Positions 46,401 through 58,400 of a stretch of 64,000 bases of DNA are shown in pieces. This stretch comes from Tubiluchus corallicola (lineage: Eukaryota; Animalia; Priapulida): positions 182,792-246,791 of the forward strand of contig JAQGDQ010000353.1 of assembly GCA_030141605.1 (NCBI GenBank), in the 5' to 3' direction. The notes below the pieces were generated by a model. It did no database searches. It saw nothing but the letters and a program-made list of their open reading frames with translations, and had not been told where the DNA came from. The translations under genes and the position numbers were made by a program. Numbering within the stretch: position 1 is the first letter of the stretch; every line of letters starts with the position of its first letter.

Positions 46401-49400
46401 ATTCCCGGAACAACGTTGAATCTGCCGTTGATGGGTGCAGTGCTACAGGTATTTGTTTCGATTACTATGACAAATGCTTTTGCCTTCAGTGTTCAGTTAT
46501 GCTGTTTGTGTGTTGTTTTAAGGCCTGTGCAATCCCAAAGATGCTGAAGTTTTTTAGTGTATTATTGTGATTACACACACAACCTAGCCACTGGGGGGGC
46601 AAGCCAGCCCAACTCAGTGCCGGTCCCAAGCCCGGATAAATAGGGAGGGTTAGGGTCAGGAAGGGCATCCGCCTGTAAAAACTGCGCCAAAACCTTCTAT
46701 GAATGAGTTTCCACAAAGAAGTGGTCAGACCCGCTCTAATCTATGGGCTGGAAGCAGCTTCTCTAAAGAAGACCGAAGAGAAGAAAATGGGTGTGGTGGA
46801 GATGAGGATGTTGAGATGGATGGTGGGAATAACAAGAAGAGATAAAATTAGAAATAATAATATCAGAGGAACAGTAAAAGTAGTGGAAGCCTCGCAAGAT
46901 TGCGATGGTATGGACACCTGAAAAGAAGAGTCGGTGAAGATCATGTGGGACGGGAGGTCATGGAAATGGAAGTGCTGGGAAATAGAAGAAGAGGACGACC
47001 CAAGCGGATCTGGATTGAATGTATTAATGGAGACCTTAGAGAGAAGAACATAAATGAAGAGATGGTCAACAACAGGAATGCGTGGAGAAGACTCATTCAC
47101 AACTGCGACCCCGCATGGGGAAAAGCTGGGAAGAAGAAGATTGTGATTACACAAACAATTCATAGAACTTGCCATTTTCTAGCGAATTTCGGGTGTTTGC
47201 ATTGCGGTAAAGGTCTGCATGTTTCGTGTCTTAGGTGAGAGCGAGCGAGAATGATGTAGTTTGTGCAGAAAGCGTTCTTGATTACCGGTGTTTGTTTACC
47301 GATCTTTGGTGACCTCGTGACTGCAGTCATAACGTTGTTCACAACGAAAAATAGCGGTTGTTCCAATTTAATACTACTAACAACGAAATGATAAAAAATC
47401 AAGAGAAACAAGTTTTACAATAAATTTATAATAAAATCAATTGAATATTTGTAATGAGAATAGGAATTTTAAGTTGTAAAGGCTTATATAATAGTGAGGG
47501 TTTAGTTTGACTTTTTTAAATGGTGCCATGTTGATGTTAAGTTGTTTTACTTTCTTTAGGTTCGTGTGCCTTTGCAAGTAGATAAACCTAGTCTGACGCA
47601 GGCCGTTACCGTGACGACGCAAACTGCTTTTCCTACACCAATGATACTGCCTAATGTAAATGATGCTGAAATATTCGGGTTAGTTATTATCTGTCGACAT
47701 TATCCTTGCTCTGCCTGATCTGTAAAGTGTAACAACGAGTTGACATAATAATGTATTAGTACAGGGTGTTTCAAAAGTCACTATACACTTTGATTTCTAA
47801 TTTTCTTTTTAATTTTTCTCCAATCTCAACAAGTTATTACGTGAATCAAAAGGGCCTTTGGCAGTTCTTTTTATTTATTGTTTGATTGGAAATCCGTTGC
47901 CATGGCGATGACAATAATGTTAGAAATGAGGAGCAAAATCAACCTGGCATGAGGTTCTTCATTCACCAACAAAAGTTCACTGGACCATATGAGCCACACT
48001 GTTTTCTCACATTTAACAGTGCAGTTTTCTTACAAGGTCTCTTCCTTTCTCACCACTCATTGGCCGTAAGAGATTTTCTCAATGCCAAATGCCCAACATG
48101 TCGAAATTTTAAATTAATTGGCTTTGTAAGTAATGACGATGAAATAAGATCACTGCCTTCATAACCCTTATGCTTTCCACTGCCTAATCTCTCCTAATGT
48201 TTAATTTTTAACGATCATTGTTTTGTTTGTGTTGAGAAATAAATCAATCAATTACAGTTTATGTTTTGAAATTCACTAATGAGAAATCATTTTTTTGGCT
48301 AGGTGTTTTTCGCCCATATTGCCGCATATGCAGCTCATTTGGGAACTAGTCCTGACTGGAGAGCCAATAGTCGTAATGGCAAATGCGCCCAGTGTATGTT
48401 CAGATACAGTGCAAGCCTTAATTAGGTAAGAAGCATGTGAACTGTGAATATGAAGTCTAGTGCTTTTATGAATTGAACGTATACATTTTATTATTATTAT
48501 AAATAAATAATAATAAAATTTATATTTTACTAATAAACATTATTATTTTGTTTTATTATTTATTTATTTAATATTTATTTTGAAATAAATATTACAAATA
48601 AACACTATTATTTTGTGTGATGGGGTAAACTAATTTTCCAGCTTTAAATAGATATATTATTTGCTTTAAAAAATCTTTTTTAAATTGTTTTCACTAAGCA
48701 ACAATTCTTCACTTTGGGGGGGGGGAGTATGTTTCCCGAATAGCATTGACCAGCGAGTCAATGTATTTCACTTGCGAATAGCATTGCTCAGAGAGTCATG
48801 TGACGTATTTTGAAGGTTTGTTTCGCTGTGTCAGAGCAAATTACAATTGCAGTGGAGATCATTACAACTATAAGTACACAGCTACATGCTGACTTTATCT
48901 GTCAAATATCTAATCGACCAGCTGTGCTATGAAGCACAACTTGGTATGCAGACAAGATTTAAATGTTGTGCTGTTGTATCGTTACAGCACTGCTTGAAAA
49001 GTAATTATGTTACAATTTGCAGCTATTCATTTTCAAAACAAGTATCGCCGCCTACCAGAGAATGTTACGTGACACAAGTTTTCACTCATTGTAGATTTAT
49101 AATGCATTTTAGTTATTCGTGTTTCATTCATTGTAGATTTATAATGCATTTTAGTTATTCGTGTTTCATTCATTGTAGATTTATAATGCATTTTAGGTAT
49201 TCGTGTTTCATTCACTGTAGATTTATAATGCATTTTGGTTATTCGTGTTTCATTCACTGTAGATTTCTAATGCATTTTAGTTATTCGTGTTTCATTCATT
49301 GTAGATTTATAATGCATTTTAGTTATTCGCGTTTCATTCACTGTAGATTTATAATGCATTTTGGTTATTCGTGTTTCACTCATTGTAGATTTATAATGCA

Positions 49401-52400
49401 TTTTAGTTATTCGTGTTTCATTCACTGTAGATTTATAATGCATCTCATTGTAGATTTATAATGCATTTTAGTTATTCGTGTTTCATTCACTGTAGATTCA
49501 TGTTTTATTCATTGTAGATTTATAATGCATTTTAGTTATTCGTGTTTCATTCACTGTAGATTTATAATGCATTTTGGTTATTCGTGTTTCATTCACTGTA
49601 GATTTATAATGCATTTTGGTTATTCGTGCTTCATTCACTGTAGATTTATAATGCATTTTGGTTATTCGTGTTTCATTCATTGTAGATTTATAATGCATTT
49701 TGGTTATTCGTGTTTCACTCATTGTAGATTTATAATGCATTTTAGTTATTCGTGTTTCATTCACTGTAGATTTATAATTCATTTTGGTTATTCGTGTTTC
49801 ACTCATTGTAGATTTATAATGCATTTTAGTTATTCGTGTTTCATTCACTGTAGATTTATAATGCATCTCATTGTAGATTTATAATGCATTTTAGTTATTC
49901 GTGTTTCATTCACTGTAGATTTATAATGCATTTTGGTTATTCGTGTTTCAGTCACTGTAGATTTATAATGCATTTTAGTTATTCGTGTTTCATTCATTGT
50001 AGATTTATAATGCATTTTAGTTATTCGTGTTTCACTCATTGTAGATTTATAATGCATTTTAGTTATTCGTGTTTCATTCACTGTAGATTCATGTTTTATT
50101 CATTGTAGATTTATAATGCATTTTAGTTATTCGTGTTTCATTCACTGTAGATTTATAATGCATTTTTGTTATTCGTGTTTCATTCACTGTAGATTTATAA
50201 TGCATTTTGGTTATTCGTGTTTCATTCACTGTAGATTTATAATGCATTTTAGTTATTCGTGTTTCATTCATTGTAGATTTATAATGCATTTTAGTTATTC
50301 GTTGATGCATTTTAGTTATTCGTGTTTCACTCATTGTAGATTTATGATGCATTTTAGTTATTCGTGTTTCACTCATTCTAGATTTATAATGCATTTTAGT
50401 TATTCGTGTTTCATTCATTGTAGATTTCTAATGCATTTTAGTTATTCGTGCTTCATTCATTGTAGATTTATAATGCATTTTAGTTATTCGTGTTTCACTC
50501 ATTGTAGATTTATAATGCATTTTAGTTATTCATGTTTTCTGTAGTATGGAAATTAATACAATTTATGTTATTTTCAGCCTAATATCGCCTCTGAAATATT
50601 GCTCTGATTATAGACCATTTTTCACTATTCATGATAGTGAGTTTAAGGAGTATACTAGTCGCACACAAGCACCGTAAGTAATTCTGTTTACAAGACTATA
50701 GTGCTTTCTGTAACTACGTGGCATTTATCCCTCAAGATAGTTTTGGACAGGGCCTGATTATGACTTTTTGGGACTCTATTGTAAATAAAATGAGGGGCAC
50801 TCATACATACAGAGGCACCCTATAACTTGCGGACATTAGTCTTAAATATTTTTTACTTTTGATATATTTTTGCCGACGTTTACATAGCTTAAAGTAAACT
50901 TATTGTAAATGTTTTAAATAAACTAGAAGAGCTAACTACAGGTAGCTTTCTTTTGTTTGTCACTGAAAATATACTATTAAGAATAAACACATGTTACTAA
51001 AGCTAAAGGGGTCCCTAGCCTGCAGCCTATACTAGCCTAGATATAGTAACTCAAATGTAGACTTAGGTAGTTCAAATGTGTCTTGGTAACTCAAATGTAG
51101 ATTTAGGTAATTCAAATGTGTCTTGGTAACTCAAATGTAGACTTAGGTAGTTCAAATGCGTTAACAATGGTTTTCAAGAAATCTTAAGCGTTTCTGGTAA
51201 GTCAAATGTAGACACATGTCAAGTCAAATGTGACATTGGTATCTCAAATGTGGATAGGTGGTAAAGTTTAAGGATGTTAAATTTAATCTTCTTTAATTTA
51301 AATTTAATAATTGCTCTTAAGTTAAAATAACAACGTTATAGGCCTACTAATAGATGCACTATCTTTGGTTTATCTTTTTCTAATTTGCACTTAAATAACT
51401 TAATTACCGATTTATTCAAAGTAATGCATCTACATTTGACTTACCTAAGTCACATTTGAGTTACCAAAACACATTTGAAATTCCTATGTCTACATTTGAC
51501 TTACCTAAGTCACATTTGAACTTTCCTGTGTCTACATTTGACGTGTAAAACCTATATATAGTAACAGTTTTAATTACAAGACATAGTAACTTACAAGAAA
51601 GAAAAAGCATGTTAAGCTGGACCTTCTTAAGTTTTCTGTGCTATTAACTTTATTTTTCTGTCAACTTAAAACGACTTTTACTTAACATTTCAACTGATTT
51701 TAGTTCTTGATAGTTTGAAATCATGTGTTATGATTTATGTGATATGAATATGTCAGACAAAGTGTTATTGTGTTAATTTTACAGCCCACCTGTGATCTTA
51801 GGAGTTACGAATCCATTTTTTGCCAAAACGCTTCAGCATTGGCCACATATCATTCGACTAGGAGAACATTTCTATCCACGTAAGTTAGCTGTTTTTTAAT
51901 TTTGCAAAAATCAAAAGTTATGTTTGATCAACGTAATTAAATAATTTGTAATTACACATCCATTGGGTATACAATTTACACAGATTTAGTTTGAAGTTTG
52001 ATATGATTCTTAGTTCATTATTTTATCTTAGCATATTTAACTCACAGTGCTATTACAATAAGCCTTTTCACAGTTTCGTATTACACTACAAGCAGTTGCT
52101 GTAGGTCAAAGGTTAAGTGTACCTGTACCACAGCAAAGCATCTTAACAACAACTGTTACGTGACATGTGGATAAAGCAAAGCCGTCAGCAGCTTCAGTAC
52201 AGCAACTTCAGCAGTTTTACATGGTCGTTACTTGGTTACATACTAGTCTGTGTGTAGAGTAACTTACTAGCAGGATCTTGCTTGGGAACAAGAAAAAATG
52301 AACTAGGTAAGGTTCTAGCTAGCTGTTAAAACTGTTACTATTACAGTAGCATGGGCTATGAGGCATTGTCAAGTGTATACAAATGCATTGTCTGTTACAC

Positions 52401-55400
52401 TTAACCTTTGACCTGTTCACGATCATCATCAATCGCTGAAACTATGAAAAGGCTTATTCTAATTGTGAACTTGCATGAATTGTGTTCTGTATTTCTATTT
52501 GTAGTTTTGCCATTTATTTATTGTAAATTTATGATGATTTTTTTAATTTTCTAATGCAGGTGCTTTAGGAAAGTCACACAAATTAAAAAAAGGTAGTAGT
52601 TTGAAGACGTTGGATTCCAAGCCAGGTGTTTATACTCGTTATAAGCCATACCTTAATAAGGATAAAATGGTTCTCAAACGCTTAGCAAAGGTAATTCAAG
52701 TTTGTTTTGCTATCGGATTTATTTAACTTGTTAATCAAATATTTTACTACCATTGTTGTCTAGTAGTGTTTCCCTCCATAATTAGACATGTACAGTAAAC
52801 TCCGCATAGCTCAAATCCAGCCGGACCGAAAAAAGTTTGAGTTAGGCGAGCGAAAAAATCGTCTGAAAATCAGAACAGCCAATAGGTAATTTATCATGCG
52901 ATGGTTTTGTAAAATGAGATACAAACCTGTAAATGTGTGTTAGCTGCATCCAAAATGTGCACAGTTATCATTATTACTCTCGCCTATGACAAGTCGTACA
53001 TGTACTAAATTTCACACGAACTTTAACAATGTACTTCTGCACAAATTCCATGAAACTTTTGCATTAATGGCGTTAGTGCAGTGTACAGTAAACTCCGCAT
53101 AACTCAAATCCAACCAGACCTAAAAAAATTTTGAGTTATTAGACATTTTGAGCTAAGTGATGTTGACCATTTTCCAGCATAGAAACTCTAAACCTCTCCT
53201 CCAGATGGCGAGCTAAATAGAAGGCAGAAAGTCAACCCTTCTATACATAAACGACGAGATTTGATGAGAGTTACATAAAGAATAACAAATTATGTAGTGA
53301 AACACAATTTTTCTATGTTACAATAGGGCATGTATTACACAATTACACTATTACACAACTCTGTTAAGTAATATAGGGCGCACTTTGTAAGACGTCAGAA
53401 TTTTTCCGGAAGCAGATACTGTTTTTGAGTTGTACGGAACTTTTTATTTTACCTAGACTATAACACGCACTCTTGAGTTAGGCGAAGTAAATTACATGTA
53501 TTTTGGTTAAATGTGCCATATTTTTTTATTTGAGTTAGGCGAAATTTTGAGTTATATATATTGAGTTAAGTGATGTTCTTTGTGGGGAAAACGAAGGATT
53601 TCATCCGTTCCGCTGAAATTTTTCAGTTATGCGATTTTGAGTTACGCAGAGAATTTACCGTATTGCCATTTTCACTAATTTCTGTTTTCAAATTTTTTTT
53701 CAATCTTGACAATTTCTGGCATACATGATTAGTGGTTTTTGAGAATTGTGTTGGTACTTGTATTTAACTAGGTCATTGGTATTGTGACAAGCTGTGAGTT
53801 TATCGCGGACTCGCTGTTTCGCGGGTTTTTGTATTTAGTACTCCGTCTAAAGTGTTTTTGCACATGCGAAGTACGTATTGTACAGTAATGTATAGATTTG
53901 ATGAATCTTGCATAAAAAATCACAAAATGTATAAAAATATATTAAAAATATTAATTCTAACATTAAAAGAATATTATAAATCATAAAAAATTACCATTTA
54001 CAATAAATAGTGTATTTGTGTGAAACTTATGTCTGGACTAATTGCATTTGATTCAGTTTGAACCTGGTTGAACCTACCTGCGTCATGTGAAATAATTATA
54101 ATTTATTATAGCTGTACTAAAATTAATAATAATGAATTAACTGTTTTAGGGAATTCAAACTCAGCGGCCAAATGAAGTTCAAAATGCGATGTTGAAACGC
54201 CATTTCTTGGAGATTACACAGAGTTTTATGATTCCGCTTGTAAGTAAGCTTTTGTTTATCAATGACAGGTGTGATATAAACGTGTTAAAATTTTTAAATA
54301 TTTGTTATATAGCACTATGTGAGAGACTACTACTTCATGATGCCCAAAGTCAAAAAATTCATGTTTGAGTAGCTTTATTACGTTTAATCTGTAAGAAAAA
54401 TCATAACAAAATATGACAAACTAATTTGAGCCAAAAAAGAAACAAAGAAATTAATAATAAAGTGAGACTGAATAAACTTACATCATGTCTCTACTACTCT
54501 TGACAAATAAATGGTTTAACTGAGACAAACAACAACAACAACAACAACAACAACAGCAACAACAGCAACAGCAACAGCAGCAACAACAACCTTCTTAGCC
54601 AAGAACAGACTGCCAACTAGGCAGGTAAACTAGCTCTGTCAGTAGAGCATGACAAAAAGACACCAAGTCAAGACATACACATGAATGCAGTTAAAAAGGA
54701 CAGTATAGGGGGTTTCCAGAATGAGAGAACACTGAAGTAATAAAATAACCTAAAATCTTTCACAACTATCATTGTGCTAAACATCATTTAGATATGTTGT
54801 TTGTGCTTACTAGACTTCAAAATGTTTGTAAATTGTCTAGGAGCGGTACGTAGCTAGCCTAATGCCTCTGCAAAGGAACATTTCTCCTTATAAGGTAAGA
54901 TCTTACTGTATTTGTTGTAGATAGAGCTAACAGTTTTAGCATCAGTCGATATTTCACTATTTGTTGTATACATCCGCATGCAAGGAAAATTTGGTATCAT
55001 ATCACCTTTTGCCACGTAATTACAGGTGATTAATTGTATTGCAATTTTAATTTTGCATTATAATTAGAACAGAAGCTGGAAAAATCGTCCAGTGTTGCTT
55101 ATTTACATAATTGTTTTGAAATGGCTTTAAGATCGCCGCCTGGTGATAGGATGTAACTACACTGTATATATTATACGTAATGGCTACATGCATTTGGCAC
55201 ACTGCTGCATCACTTATGTCTTATGCGTAATTTTGTTTTCGGTGTAACAAATTCGTTCATGTGCCGCTTAAAATTAGACTATGCTCAACAGGTTACTGAA
55301 CGCTTTATAATCTTGATCTCAGTTTTTCTTAGTTCTCGCTCGATTTCATCTTTCATTCACTACTCCCCCCCCCCCCCAACTTTTATGTATATATTATCAT

Positions 55401-58400
55401 TATTTCATTATTTCAATTATTAATCCTTTTTTTTAAGATTTCCGCATACAGTTTGGCCTGTCAAGCTATGTTTTTAGGCTCAAACTGTATGCATCAAAAT
55501 TACTATGTAATGTAATTTGCGTATGTATATGCTGCATTTTGTAATTTCTGGATAATACTGTATTTATATTTATAATTATTTCCGTGAAATTATCTGTATT
55601 TTTATTATAATTGTTAGATGCAGAGTGAAAATAAATAAACTTATAACTTATAAAGCCCTGATGACTACACTTCTGCACACAAGGCCTGTGTTTCCATTTA
55701 TTAGTCCAAAACCACTCTAAGTTAATACATGTTATATTAATTTAGTAATTTATGTTGTACTTGGAATTACGTAAGGGGGTGTACTTTACTTATGTAGTTG
55801 ATCATGTAATCTCAAGGGTGGATTATGCAATAAGAACAGATTTTTAGCTGTAATATTGCTTTTGCCCTTTCAGTATTTTGGGGTAATAATTCACGAATAT
55901 TATCGTACCTGCTAAGTATGCATTATTATAGTATTTTACTACTTTTGTACATATCTCAGTTCTACGTATGGGGAAAACTAAGTCATAGATCAGAAATCAG
56001 TCTCGGTCACAGTTACAATGAGTTCCATGAAATACAGATGATATTTTTGTTGTGTGTGTCTGTTTTTCATCTGTAAATAGCTACATAAATTTCTAAAGCA
56101 ATTTTTCATTTTTATTTGGTTTTATTGATGTGATTGCAGGGAACTCCGCGCATCAGACCATTCGATCCAGACGAGTTCATCAAGTCATTAGAATTCTCTG
56201 GTCCTCAACTCACAACAGGCATCAAGGGAGATTGGGTGGGACTGTACAGGTAAGTATTGCTGTTTAAATTTTCTTTAGACATAATTAAGTTGCATTCTGT
56301 TTATTATATTATGAGGTTGTTTAATTTTGTATTTTAGAATAAGTGTAATACAGCGATCTCCACGTAACTCAAAATCGCACAACTCAAATTTTCGTCTAAC
56401 TCAAGGAATTTCAGTGGAACGGGTGAAATCCTTCGTTTTTCCTACGACAAACATCGCTTAACTCAAAATATATAACTAGAAATTTCACCTAACTCAAATA
56501 CAAAAATTATGGTCCATTATTTCATCTAACTCCATACAAAAGTTATAATCAAAACACATGTAATTTACTTCGCCTAACTTAAAAATGCAAGTTATATTCT
56601 AGAAAAATAAAAAGTTTTGTACAACTCAAAAACAGTATCGTCTTCCGGGAAAATTCCGATGTCTTACAAGTCGCGCACCCTGATTAGTTTCTCCGGAATT
56701 GATCTTTCCGTGTTGTGTACGTGTCCTGTTGTAACATAAAAAAATCGTGTTTATTTGCTATTTTTTATGTAATTGTCATCAAATCTCGTCGTTTATGTAT
56801 AGAAGGATTGACTTTCTGCCTTCTATTTAGCTCGCCATCTGGAGGAGGGGTTTAGAGTTTCTATGCTGAAAAATGGTCAGCATCACTTAGCTCAAAATGT
56901 CTAATAACTCAAAGTTTTTTTCGGTTTGGTTGGATTTGAGTTATGTGGAGTTTACTGTACACTGCACTAACGCCATTAATGCAAAAGTTTCACGGAATTT
57001 GTACAGAAGTACATTGTTACTTTTCATGTGAAATTTAGTACATGTACGACTTGTGACAGGCGAGAGTAATAGTGATAACTGTGCACATTTTGGATGCAGC
57101 TAACACACATTTACAGTTTTGTATCTCATTTTACAAAACTATCGCATGATAAATTACCTATTGGCTCTTCTGATTTTCAGACGATTTTTTCGCTGTGCTA
57201 ATTTTGAGGGTTGGTATAATACTCGTACGCAAGAGGTGAACCGAAAGCTTCAATTACTTCACCTGGAAGCATTGTCGGATGCAGTAAGTGAAACATAACT
57301 TCATATATAACACTACATGTTTAGTATACATGCAACACTTTTGCTGTTTGGAATTCTGATGACTAAAGTTATAATATGATAATCCATTCAAATCGTCGTA
57401 GTGCAGTTTTAACATATTTTTATCATATTTTTGTACATGCATTAGTTTGCTGTCTTGTTACTAAATTTGCTTGAGTTGGTTTGTGTTACCCGAGTGTAAA
57501 GCTTTGTTCGTGTTTCTACATAGGAAGTAAAAAAGAGCAAATTCAAACCCAGAAATTCACTCCAGCTGTATAGCTGATATTATTAACAAACTTAATTCGC
57601 ATATTTGCACTACATATATTTTGTTACAGTCGAACCTTTATACCGCTTCCCGTTGTACTGCCAAACTGGTTTACTGTCTGCATTATGTCCAGGAACAAAA
57701 TGGCTGTATTCATCTGTATATAAAAATAACTTATTGTACTATCAGGCAAATTAATATAGATTTGCCGTGGCCCTCTCGCGAATTCTAAATACGCCTATGA
57801 CACCCACCGCTGAACGGGCTATCTATCCATGGCCGGCACCACCCATGTCCCGTTCTCCAGATCTCAGACGTATAACTTTTGCAAAAAACGGCAGAAAAAT
57901 GGCCATTTTTGGAGGTTTTTTGTCCCCCGTTCTTTCCGGTGGGCCCCATTCGAAAAATAAACCTGCAACGGCACGACACTAGATCGAGACCTTTCGTTTG
58001 GTGTACAGATCGTCGCAAATGGTGCCGTCGTCGAAGCTGTAGCCTCGAATCTTATATATATATATATATATAACATACCAGTAGAATTAATATATACGAT
58101 TTTCAATTGGAAATACCGCCAGCATTCTTAACTAATGTCAACAGCTTCATGTACTGCCAGCTCTGCGGGGCTGCTATATGCTCTGCTGAGTCGCTGACCA
58201 GATGTCACATGTCATGTAAAATAATGCACGTTACCGTGTTTTAATTGTTTGTAAGCTGTACTGTAGATTATACAATCAGAATAATACCATTGTCAATGCG
58301 CCACGCAGTCATAATAATAACTGACAAGAAAACACGTGGTTCTTTTTCACCACAAGAAATGTGATATTTGCTTGTTTCTAAGAATCGTCTAAGCAAATCC

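Noticed and set aside
48886-50544. Repetitive ORFs ([14 protein letters not shown] / [13 protein letters not shown])
   Set aside because: By-product of a 42-bp unit divisible by three; intronic and open on both strands.
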